DNA of 64,000 bases from an uncultured bacterium (GTDB lineage Bacteria; Spirochaetota; UBA4802; UB4802). Location of the stretch: contig CALEUQ010000003.1 in NCBI GenBank assembly GCA_937920495.1, forward strand, positions 8,522 to 72,521, written 5' to 3'. The notes under the pieces were generated by a model. The model did not search any database. It saw only the letters and a program-made list of their open reading frames with translations, and was not told the DNA's origin. Numbering within the stretch: the stretch's first letter is position 1; each line of letters opens with the position of its first letter. This document shows positions 1 through 8,225 of the stretch, one piece after another. Made by a program: the position numbers and the translations under genes.

Positions 1-1900
1 ACTTGTTTTGTGCAATATACTCCTTGATGGTTTTTTCTTTTTCATGGAAAAAGCGGTATAAGCTCTTCTCTTCAGAAGCTATCAACGCATCAGGATCAAA
101 TGAAAACGTATATCCCGGGTTCTTTTTTACAAATCCATTGACAATATTATTCATACGTTTGAATGCAATGAGTAAATCGCCAAAACGAGTATCCTTTCTG
201 AATTCATGAATGCTTCGTGCTCTAAGGTACAATTCATAGTAATCATAGCAGCCAACCGCCAGGCATGCATTCACCTCATCAAAGGCACATTGCTTTTCAT
301 ACAAAAATGTCTTTGCCCGTCCATTGATAAAATCAAGTATTGGCTCAACAAGTGTATCACCATTTCTATAGACAGATGCGATTGCTTTGCTCACCGTAGC
401 TAAATCCAGATGGATCTTTCGTTCAACAAGCATATCAACAATAGCAGCTGCCTGTCTGCGCAGTGCATACGGATCAGCGGAACCTTTAGGGATATTCCCC
501 ACAGAAAATGAACCAAATATGTTATCAATTTTTTCAGCCAGCGATACCACAATGCTCACAATATCTTCCGCAAGCACATCGCCCTGAAAACGGGGCCTGT
601 ACTGAAAATCAATAGCATTGGCAACATCCTCATCCTCACCATCAAGCAGTGCATACACCCTGCCAATCTGCCCTTGCAACGACGTAAACTCAAACACCAG
701 CGCAGTGGTCAGATCGGTTTTTGACAGCATCACCGCACGTTCTATCTTTTGTCGTGTTTTTGTATCAAGCCTAAGCTGGTCACATACAACCTTTGCTATT
801 GCCTGCATCCTTTCAACTTTGTCGTAGATGGAACCAAGTTCCTTATGGAACAGTATGCTTTTCAGCATATCCACTCTGCGTGCAAGCGGAATTTTACGAT
901 CTTCTTCAAAGAAGAAACGCGCATCTGTAAATCGTGCCCGTATGACGCGCTGATTACCTTTCACTATATTCTCTGTTGGTGGATTATTGGAAATCACTAA
1001 AAATTTTGGCAGCAGTTTTCCTTTGCTATCGCGCACTGCAAAATATTTCTGATGCTCCTTCATTTCTGTTATAAGTACTATATCGGGTATCGATAGGAAT
1101 GCTTCATCAAAGCTACATACCACCACATACGGACTTTCTGTTAAAAAGGTAACAGTGGTAAGCAGCTCTTCATCCTCAACAAGTGTACCATGCAATTGTC
1201 CTGCTGCATTTTGTAACTGCTGGTAAATTATCTCCCTGCGTTTATTATGGTCTACTATCACCCCATTTCTTTCCAGAACAGTAGTATATTCGTCACACCG
1301 TGAAAGCGGTAGCATCATATTATGCTGAATATAATGCCCCCGCACCTTATTGTCAAAATCAATGCCGTCTATTGAATAGGGAACCACCGCATCATTGAAG
1401 AGTACACAGATGTAATTTACAGGCCTTGGGAATGCCACGCGTTTGGTATTCCACCGCATCCGTTTGGGGAAATTGAGCTCATTAATAATCTTTTCAATAA
1501 TTATGGGTATAACGTTGGTTGAAGGTTGTGCTTCTACTTTGCGTCTGGCATAAATATACTCACCTTTGTTGGTCTTCTGTATGTAGGTATCTTCACGTGT
1601 GATTTTATTTCCCTCAAGAAAACCTGTTAATGCCCTGGTGGGATTACCCTTATCATCATAGGCTGCCTTAACCGAAGGGCCTTTGATTTCTTCAAAATCT
1701 TCAGATTGGCTTTCTGCCATATCATATACCAGTATTGCAATACGGCGCGGTGTGGCATACACCGTACACTGCCCAAACGCAATACGATATGATTGCAAAC
1801 TTTCAGTAACAATTTTTTCTACCTGTTCAATAGCAGGTGGTAAATAGCCTGCCGGAATTTCTTCAGTGCCAATTTCGCACACAAAATTAAGTTTAGCCAT
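1..1900 (-). CDS. glyS: glycyl-tRNA synthetase beta subunit, N-terminal ~633 codons (C-terminus beyond the window edge)
   Basis: Absent from the ORF track because it has no stop in the window. The reverse complement from the ATG at 1900-1898 reads MAKLNFVCEIGTEEIPAGYLPPAIEQVEKIV...YATPRRIAILVYDMAE, a typical GlyS N-terminus. I read the frame as open down to position 2 (...YRFFHEKEKTIKEYIAQNK). Confidence 0.85.
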   Translation of the reverse strand, partial: MAKLNFVCEIGTEEIPAGYLPPAIEQVEKIVTESLQSYRIAFGQCTVYATPRRIAILVYDMAESQSEDFEEIKGPSVKAAYDDKGNPTRALTGFLEGNKITREDTYIQKTNKGEYIYARRKVEAQPSTNVIPIIIEKIINELNFPKRMRWNTKRVAFPRPVNYICVLFNDAVVPYSIDGIDFDNKVRGHYIQHNMMLPLSRCDEYTTVLERNGVIVDHNKRREIIYQQLQNAAGQLHGTLVEDEELLTTVTFLTESPYVVVCSFDEAFLSIPDIVLITEMKEHQKYFAVRDSKGKLLPKFLVISNNPPTENIVKGNQRVIRARFTDARFFFEEDRKIPLARRVDMLKSILFHKELGSIYDKVERMQAIAKVVCDQLRLDTKTRQKIERAVMLSKTDLTTALVFEFTSLQGQIGRVYALLDGEDEDVANAIDFQYRPRFQGDVLAEDIVSIVVSLAEKIDNIFGSFSVGNIPKGSADPYALRRQAAAIVDMLVERKIHLDLATVSKAIASVYRNGDTLVEPILDFINGRAKTFLYEKQCAFDEVNACLAVGCYDYYELYLRARSIHEFRKDTRFGDLLIAFKRMNNIVNGFVKKNPGYTFSFDPDALIASEEKSLYRFFHEKEKTIKEYIAQNK

Positions 1901-1940
1901 ACGTATGTCCTGTCTGTAAATATATTTTGTTGTTCTGTAA

Positions 1941-2948
1941 TTAATGTTTCTTTTTTAACTCAGCATACGGATTAATATGCTGCCCTTTACGAATAATCTC
2001 AAAATGAAGATGCGGACCTGTTGAATTGCCGGTGTTGCCGCTTTTTGCAATAATCTGACCCTGTTTCACATACTGCCCCTCACGGACAACTATCTTTGAA
2101 AGATGGCCATACAAGGTTTTATCACCACCCGGATGAGTTATCACTACCACCTTGCCATACCCTCCAAGCCAGCCCGCATAGCTTACCCGACCATATTTGC
2201 TTGCTTTGACCCACTCATAATTAGCCCGTATATCAATACCCTGATGAAATTGGTTTTCACCGTAAAAAGGATCCTTGCGCCATCCGTAGCCGCTTGTTAT
2301 GTTTCTTGTTGCAACCGGCCACAAAAAGCCTTTAAAAATATCAAGCGGTTTTGCATCAGGAATAAAGATATCCTGCCCTATATTAATAAAATCAGGATTT
2401 GCAATATTGTTCTCTTCAATAATTTTATTAATAGCCACATTATATTTTTTTGACAGCACCGGCAGAGTCTGCCCGCGCTGCACACTTACCAGCAAACCAT
2501 CTTTATTGGGAATCTTTAACACCTGCCCCACATGCACTAAGTCATATGACTCCAGCTTATTGGACCCGCAGATAGTATCCAGGGACACACCATACATCCG
2601 TGCAATCTCGCTTAATGTTTCACCGGGCTTTACTGTGTGCTGAATAATCTTTAAGGGTCTTTTTGTATCCGCATCCACAAACTCTTTGCTTGTAATGGCT
2701 TTTTTCTTTATTTCATCATACCATACAGCTTCTGATTTAAATACATCATTAAAACCAGCAATCCCCGTAAATAAAAGCATCGCGGAAATTACAATGGCAC
2801 TTACCGCGGTTATTCTTTTTATTGCTGTGTACGGTATACTCTTAATGAAAGTGTTTCGTTTACCTCTCACAATAATAATAATCTCAGCAGATAAAACGGT
2901 AACACTGAGATTCCCAAAAAACCTGCTATGTACCTGCCAGTGTTTCAT
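1941..2948 (-). CDS. LysM-domain M23 family metallopeptidase, membrane anchored
   Basis: 335-aa track ORF with an N-terminal TM helix. Two LysM-like repeats (PGETLSEIARMYGVSLDTI, GQTLPVLSKKYNVAINKI) and M23 motifs HQGIDI ... GNSTGPHLHFEI. Confidence 0.85.
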   Translation of the reverse strand: MKHWQVHSRFFGNLSVTVLSAEIIIIVRGKRNTFIKSIPYTAIKRITAVSAIVISAMLLFTGIAGFNDVFKSEAVWYDEIKKKAITSKEFVDADTKRPLKIIQHTVKPGETLSEIARMYGVSLDTICGSNKLESYDLVHVGQVLKIPNKDGLLVSVQRGQTLPVLSKKYNVAINKIIEENNIANPDFINIGQDIFIPDAKPLDIFKGFLWPVATRNITSGYGWRKDPFYGENQFHQGIDIRANYEWVKASKYGRVSYAGWLGGYGKVVVITHPGGDKTLYGHLSKIVVREGQYVKQGQIIAKSGNTGNSTGPHLHFEIIRKGQHINPYAELKKKH

Positions 2949-2979
2949 AGTGTAATTATCGGCATCGATAGATCATTTA

Positions 2980-3408
2980 TCATTTTTCCGAGCCTTTTTT
3001 CCCAAATATACCCGTCTGTGCCTGTGGTGACCCTGCATATGATTCTTCTATGAGCTTTTTAACATCCTTCTTTTGCCCGCCAGTAATGGTTACCATGCCA
3101 TGTGCTACCACACCACGCTGTACAGTCAAAATAGGCGTTTCAATATCACCCAGCACTTTTGCCGTTTCCAGAAGTTTAACCTCCTCATCAGCAATAATAT
3201 TCCCTATTACAGTACCTGCAACCACCACATTCTTTGCATGAATATTGGTTTTCACCTTACCGGTTTCGCCAACCACAAGCTCCTCATCGGTCTTTATTTC
3301 ACCTTCAAATTTTCCGTCAATTCTTAGTGACCCGCTGATATAAAACTTACCTTCAAAAACAGAACCTTCACCTATAGTGCTGTTTATACTATCACCTTTA
3401 CCTGCCAT
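2980..3408 (-). CDS. bactofilin (CcmA-like polymer-forming cytoskeletal protein)
   Basis: 142-aa ORF with the repetitive beta-helix pattern G.F.G.I....L.V...G.V.G.I (GKFEGEIKTDEELVVGETGKVKTNIHAKNVVVAGTVIGNIIADEEVKLLETAKVLGDIE). Confidence 0.8.
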   Translation of the reverse strand: MAGKGDSINSTIGEGSVFEGKFYISGSLRIDGKFEGEIKTDEELVVGETGKVKTNIHAKNVVVAGTVIGNIIADEEVKLLETAKVLGDIETPILTVQRGVVAHGMVTITGGQKKDVKKLIEESYAGSPQAQTGIFGKKGSEK

Positions 3409-3757
3409 ACTATTAACACCTCATGATTATAAATTTCATCACCGTCAGAATATACATTAACATTCAGATTTTTGCAATTTTATTTCAACCATTTTTTGTT
3501 GTAAATACATTAATACTGAAGTATTTTTTATTATTGAATATTTTTATTTCTATATTATCATGTGCGATAGTTACCATGAAAACATCTATTGCCATAATTG
3601 CCATACCATTAATACTCAAGGGATTATCTTTCTCAACAGATTTAATCTACATCCTGTGAAATGTAATCACAGTGCGATTTCAGATTATTGATGCACATTC
3701 AATGTATGGTTTTTACACAATTACTGCACCATATTTAATAAACCTTTAAGGTGTGAT

Positions 3758-4423
3758 TTGCACAACATGAATACATCTACTACCCTGCTGAATGTCAATG
3801 AGATATTTTATTCTCTTCAGGGCGAAACCACCCGCACTGGCTTCCCTTCCCTTTTCATACGGCTTGCAGGCTGCAACTTACAGTGCAGGTGGTGTGATAC
3901 TGCTTACGCAAGAGAAGGATCCCCGGTAACTATCGCCCGTATTATACAAAAAATAGAAGCATATCCTATGCTCAATCACATCACCATTACCGGTGGCGAA
4001 CCATTATTACAAAAGGAAACATTTGTGCTGCTACACTTGCTTTGCAACAAAAACTATCCCCTGCAACTGGAAACAAACGGAAGCATCTCACTGGCACGTG
4101 TACCGCAACAGGTCCACAAAATTGTGGACGTGAAAACACCCTCAAGTGGGCATCATGATGCCTTTAATTTTTCCAATATACAGTACCTGCAGCCACATGA
4201 TGAAATAAAATTTGTGATTGCAGATGACAATGACTATAATTATTCTAAAGAGTTTTTGCAAAAATATCTTGCGCATGTACCCTGTGTTGTTAATTTTTCC
4301 CCTGTGTGGGGTGTGATGGAGCCGCAAAGACTGGCAGAGTATATTTTGCATGACAGGCTTAACGTAAGGCTTAATATACAGCTGCACAAATTACTCTGGC
4401 ATATAGAACCAAAACATTTTTAG
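3758..4423 (+). CDS. queE: 7-carboxy-7-deazaguanine synthase (radical SAM)
   Basis: NEIFYSLQGETTRTGFPSLFIRLAGCNLQCRWCDT (CX3CX2C) and ITGGEPLL match QueE. The track start at 3758 is TTG; the in-frame ATG at 3767 is an alternative. AAGGTG lies at 3748-3753. Confidence 0.85.
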   Translation: MHNMNTSTTLLNVNEIFYSLQGETTRTGFPSLFIRLAGCNLQCRWCDTAYAREGSPVTIARIIQKIEAYPMLNHITITGGEPLLQKETFVLLHLLCNKNYPLQLETNGSISLARVPQQVHKIVDVKTPSSGHHDAFNFSNIQYLQPHDEIKFVIADDNDYNYSKEFLQKYLAHVPCVVNFSPVWGVMEPQRLAEYILHDRLNVRLNIQLHKLLWHIEPKHF

Positions 4424-4431
4424 GAGAGTGT

Positions 4432-5304
4432 ATGGATTACGTTGGTCACATTATACGGCCACCTTCAGAAGCATATAGCATGATAATTCAGGTGACAGTT
4501 GGTTGCTCGCACAACATGTGCACATTTTGCGGCACATATAAAGAGCAAAAATTTTACATCAAAGACCTTGCACGGATAAAACGTGATATAGATGAAGCAT
4601 CACGGTACCGCTTCAAGCGAGCATTTTTAACAGATGGCGATGTGCTTATATTACCCACAGACACTCTTCTTGAAATTATTGCATACATTAAAAGCAAAAA
4701 CCCTCATATAGAACGCATTGGCGTGTATGCCAACACCAAAGCCATATTAAAAAAATCATTATCCGAACTTAAGGAATTAAAATCCGCAGGGCTGGGGATA
4801 GTGTATCAGGGTATAGAAAGCGGTAATGAAACGGTACTTCGTAAAATCCGCAAGGGCGCTTTGCCACACAAACAATTGGAAGCAGCTTTCAAGATTAAAC
4901 AGGCAGGCATTACATTATCCCAAACTGTGCTGCTTGGAATTGGCGGCCTTGAGTTAAGCATACCTCATGCCATCGATACCGGCACACATTTAGGTGCAAT
5001 GTCACCTGACTTTGCATCGGCACTCACTGTGATGCTTTTACCTAACACACCACTTTACAGAGATTACATACAGGGAAAATTTGCATTACCTGATAAGTTT
5101 GGATTATTGCGCGAATTAAAACTCATAGTTGAACATATGAATGTGAGCAACACCTGCTATTTTACATCAAATCATGCGTCCAACTATCTTCCCATTAAGG
5201 CAACATTGCCAGAACAAAAGAATGACGTCATTCAGTTGCTGGATGAAATAATACAACGCCAGGATGAATCATTATTAAAGCCTGAATTTTTACGGGCATT
5301 GTAG
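4432..5304 (+). CDS. radical SAM family protein with an atypical CX4CX2C cluster motif, function unknown
   Basis: 290-aa ORF. The DNA at 4501-4533 reads GGT TGC TCG CAC AAC ATG TGC ACA TTT TGC GGC = GCSHNMCTFCG. Followed by a TIM-barrel-like GDVLIL ... GIESGNETVLRKIRKG pattern. Starts 8 nt after the queE stop. Confidence 0.7.
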   Translation: MDYVGHIIRPPSEAYSMIIQVTVGCSHNMCTFCGTYKEQKFYIKDLARIKRDIDEASRYRFKRAFLTDGDVLILPTDTLLEIIAYIKSKNPHIERIGVYANTKAILKKSLSELKELKSAGLGIVYQGIESGNETVLRKIRKGALPHKQLEAAFKIKQAGITLSQTVLLGIGGLELSIPHAIDTGTHLGAMSPDFASALTVMLLPNTPLYRDYIQGKFALPDKFGLLRELKLIVEHMNVSNTCYFTSNHASNYLPIKATLPEQKNDVIQLLDEIIQRQDESLLKPEFLRAL

Positions 5305-5316
5305 GAGGAATTGTTT

Positions 5317-5478
5317 ATGGACAAATCTATGGAAGATGCCATCCGCTTTATAAGCTTTGAATTGCAGGACAATCCCCAGGCTGATCTGGCAAAGCTAATC
5401 GAAAAAGCAAGCCAGCAGTTTGATTTAACACCACTACAAACAGAATTTCTGGTAAATAAATTTATTTTAAACAAATAG
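5317..5478 (+). CDS. small hypothetical protein (53 aa), below the track size cut-off
   Basis: My own translation: MDKSMEDAIRFISFELQDNPQADLAKLIEKASQQFDLTPLQTEFLVNKFILNK. AGGAGG at 5303-5308 lies 8 nt upstream of the ATG. The stop is followed directly by a terminator hairpin. Confidence 0.55.
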   Translation: MDKSMEDAIRFISFELQDNPQADLAKLIEKASQQFDLTPLQTEFLVNKFILNK

Positions 5479-5498
5479 GGCTTGCTTTCGCAAGCCCT
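5477..5498. terminator. bidirectional intrinsic-terminator-like hairpin between convergent genes
   Basis: AGGGCTTGC-TTTC-GCAAGCCCT, a 9-bp perfect stem, flanked by A/T-rich runs on both sides (aaacaaat / atttgctgcattt). Confidence 0.6.
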
Positions 5499-5519
5499 AT
5501 TTGCTGCATTTATTATATT

Positions 5520-6611
5520 TTATTCTTCTTCACCTGTGAGTTTATCTAAAAGCTTTTTCTGTCCTCCTGCATACACTGCTACCTTTTCGCCTTCCAGTTC
5601 AACCCTGCCATCATTTGTAAGTTTCTTTCTCCACAACACAGTACCATCAGTTTTTGCGCAGAATATATAATCACCGGAAGCTATATAGATCTTATCTTCG
5701 GTTTTGGTTGGCGGATTTATAACTTTGCCTTCCCATTCAACCCGTCCATTTTTCACAAAGTATATTTCGTAACGTGTCACAAGCAACTGGCCTTCAGGTT
5801 GTGGCACCTGTTTGGTCTTCTTAACAACCTTTGCAACTTCTTTTACCACTTCTTTTGGTTTTTCCTCAATCTGTATTATTTCCTGTTTTTCTTCTTTGAA
5901 ATCTTCAGGTTTAAATTTCTGTACTTCCTCTTTTTTCACTACCACTTCTTCTTTTGCTACAGCCACAACTTTTTCTATGGCCTGCGGAGTTGCTTCACCT
6001 TCTTTTTTCATAACTTCTTCTATCTTCTTTTCAGCTTTCTTCACATCCTCAACTGTTATGACCACTTTTTCCTTTTCTTCAACAGCTGGCGCTGCTTCTA
6101 TTAATTTATCAATGTGCTGCTCAACCGCTTCAACACGCTTTACAACAGCAACTTTGCCATCAAATACTTTAATGCGTGTGGTTTTCTTGGCATCAGCTTC
6201 AACTGAAAAATTTGTTCCTCGTACACCAGCAACTGCGGTTGGAGTCTTTACTAAAAAACTTTCGTTCTTTAACAGCTTTTTAGGTTTGCAGATCATCTTG
6301 CCCACATCAAGACCCAATGTTGTATTTTCCAGCCCATCTTTACGCAAAAGCTGCGCCAGTATGGCTTTGGAATTTTCCTTTATGCGAATCAAAGAATCGC
6401 CAATCTTAATATCACAGGAAGACAGGCTACCAGTTTCAATCACATCGTTTTGATTTAGCATATCGCCGATGTTGACGGGCTGACCATTCTTCTTTACATC
6501 GCCAATGCTAAATGCAATCGAAGCATAGTCATCAACCTGTTGTTTGGTACAGCTATTACCCCATATAGCCAGACCCAGTATCAAAGAAAATATCAGAATA
6601 CGTTTCATCAC
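5520..6611 (-). CDS. FecR-domain lipoprotein with a long Glu/Lys-rich linker
   Basis: Signal peptide plus lipobox (LAIWGNSC). FecR-like segment GDVKKNGQPVNIGDMLNQNDVIETGSLSSCDIKIGD...VKTPTAVAGVRGTNFSVEAD. A low-complexity E/K/V region follows. Confidence 0.7.
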   Translation of the reverse strand: MMKRILIFSLILGLAIWGNSCTKQQVDDYASIAFSIGDVKKNGQPVNIGDMLNQNDVIETGSLSSCDIKIGDSLIRIKENSKAILAQLLRKDGLENTTLGLDVGKMICKPKKLLKNESFLVKTPTAVAGVRGTNFSVEADAKKTTRIKVFDGKVAVVKRVEAVEQHIDKLIEAAPAVEEKEKVVITVEDVKKAEKKIEEVMKKEGEATPQAIEKVVAVAKEEVVVKKEEVQKFKPEDFKEEKQEIIQIEEKPKEVVKEVAKVVKKTKQVPQPEGQLLVTRYEIYFVKNGRVEWEGKVINPPTKTEDKIYIASGDYIFCAKTDGTVLWRKKLTNDGRVELEGEKVAVYAGGQKKLLDKLTGEEE

Positions 6612-6762
6612 AAACCTCCTTTCAATATTATTAGTAGCAAATGGTTATATTCAAATTATAAATAATCAGCTGTTATATTACTATATTAACCATTACAGTA
6701 TACTCACGTTTCATGAATAAAGGCAATTTTTTTTATTATACCACAAAAAATTAATAGTATTC

Positions 6763-8001
6763 TTGACAGTAGCCATTAAATATACTCATGCTATCAGCAT
6801 GGACCGTTTCAAGCTCACACAAATGCTGCATGGCATAATGATAGCCGATGCGCTTGCAAGCCCACTTGACAATCTCAGTGCCGGGCATATACGCAATGTG
6901 TTTGGCACAATACAGGATTACACTGACCCAGCTTGCGCACTCAAACATAAACTTCATCTATGGAAAAAGCCAGGACTGTATACTGCCATTTCTCAATATT
7001 GTGTTTTGCTTTCTGTTATCAATATCAGGGAGCACACCTATAATCATCAGCATGTAGTCAATTTTCTTTTTTCTTTGGGCGATAGTAACTGTATATTTCG
7101 ACATCCCCGGGGATTTTTACAACATCTGAATTCACCATACGATGCACCAACTGCAGAATTGCTTATTTGTATCCCCACTGTATTCTTTTTACAAAAACAA
7201 AATCCCTTATCACTTATACATTTTATTTTAACGCATAACAAAAACGCCGCAGTATGTGTATCAGCATTATTTATATATATGCTGCTTGAAGATATTACCA
7301 GGCTAAACTTACAAGCATTAGATGGTGCAGTATTGCAGCATACGGTGGAAAACGTACTGCAATTTACCCACACATACTCTTCAGCCATATTTGACAATGG
7401 CGGCAATTCCCACACCATCATACAAGCCGCAGAAGATTTACATTCTATGATACAACACATGCCTCACAGATCAAGCCTTACACAATATACAGAGTATTGT
7501 CTTCCCTTTGCACACAGGTGGTCAAAAAACACGTATACAAGGCTTACTGTTAATCACCCCTTTACACTGGTTCCCATGGCATTGTATTGTATAGAGACAA
7601 ATGCAATAGAAAATGTACTCTATACAGCAGTGCATCAGGGCGGCACAATATCATTGCTTGTACCCCTGGTGGCTATACTGGCAACAGCAGTATATGGCTA
7701 TGATTGTATTCCCAAACATCTTATGGACACCATGGTTAATAAAAAAAGAATTCTGCAGTTATTGGAAGGATTACAGAAAAACTCCATCTCTATGGAATTT
7801 ATTTCAGAATTTTTCCAGAATGAAAAAAATCTAACCCAAAAAGAACAGGAAGAGCTTGAAAGCAAGCTAAAGCATGTAGCATCAAAACGTCCTTCTTCAA
7901 AGAAATCACAGGATGCACATAAAGACATGACACAAATTGTTGTTGAAAGCTGGACTAAGTTGGATAAGGCAAAATGGAAAAAGGAAAGAAGAAAATATTG
8001 A
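6763..8001 (+). CDS. ADP-ribosylglycohydrolase-fold protein, apparently catalytically degenerate
   Basis: N-terminal GIMIADALASPLDNL resembles the ARH G.GDALG.P.E motif. C-terminal QGGTISLLVPLVAILATAVYGYDCIP resembles GGDTDTNAAIAGALAGAYYG..IP, but the Asp residues are replaced. The track start is TTG; ATG at 6799 (MDRFKLTQMLHG...) is more likely. Confidence 0.5.
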   Translation: MTVAIKYTHAISMDRFKLTQMLHGIMIADALASPLDNLSAGHIRNVFGTIQDYTDPACALKHKLHLWKKPGLYTAISQYCVLLSVINIREHTYNHQHVVNFLFSLGDSNCIFRHPRGFLQHLNSPYDAPTAELLICIPTVFFLQKQNPLSLIHFILTHNKNAAVCVSALFIYMLLEDITRLNLQALDGAVLQHTVENVLQFTHTYSSAIFDNGGNSHTIIQAAEDLHSMIQHMPHRSSLTQYTEYCLPFAHRWSKNTYTRLTVNHPFTLVPMALYCIETNAIENVLYTAVHQGGTISLLVPLVAILATAVYGYDCIPKHLMDTMVNKKRILQLLEGLQKNSISMEFISEFFQNEKNLTQKEQEELESKLKHVASKRPSSKKSQDAHKDMTQIVVESWTKLDKAKWKKERRKY

Positions 8002-8102
8002 CTTTTATTTTTGCCTTTATTTCTTCGTGATAATTTACGTATACATAGCTACTATACATGATTACTTCATTACCGATTTTATCCCGATTCCTCACACCCG
8101 TC

Positions 8103-8191
8103 ATTGCAAGCCCCGACTTTTTCGGGGCGTGGCAATCGCACTTAAGCACAAATACGAGATTGCTTCGTCCCTAATTTTTCGGGATGGCAAT
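8103..8191. repeat. two tandem REP-like GC-rich hairpin elements
   Basis: ATTGC-aa-GCCCCGA-cttttt-CGGGGC-gtg-GCAAT (8103-8136) and ATTGC-ttcg-TCCC-taatttttc-GGGA-tg-GCAAT (8159-8191). They share the outer ATTGC/GCAAT arms and a T-rich loop, and lie between convergent genes. Confidence 0.6.
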
Positions 8192-8225
8192 GACACCAAC
8201 CATCAATTACCAATCACCATTTCAT

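Noticed and set aside
3660-3757. preQ1 riboswitch upstream of queE.
   Set aside because: I could not find a small hairpin followed by an A-rich tail matching the preQ1-I or preQ1-II consensus. Only a CACC...GGTG pairing around the SD is present. A covariance-model scan would be needed to exclude it properly.
5812-6453. 213-aa and 101-aa plus-strand ORFs opposite the FecR lipoprotein gene.
   Set aside because: They are the Phe/Ser-rich mirror image of the Glu/Lys-rich linker and arise from compositional bias.
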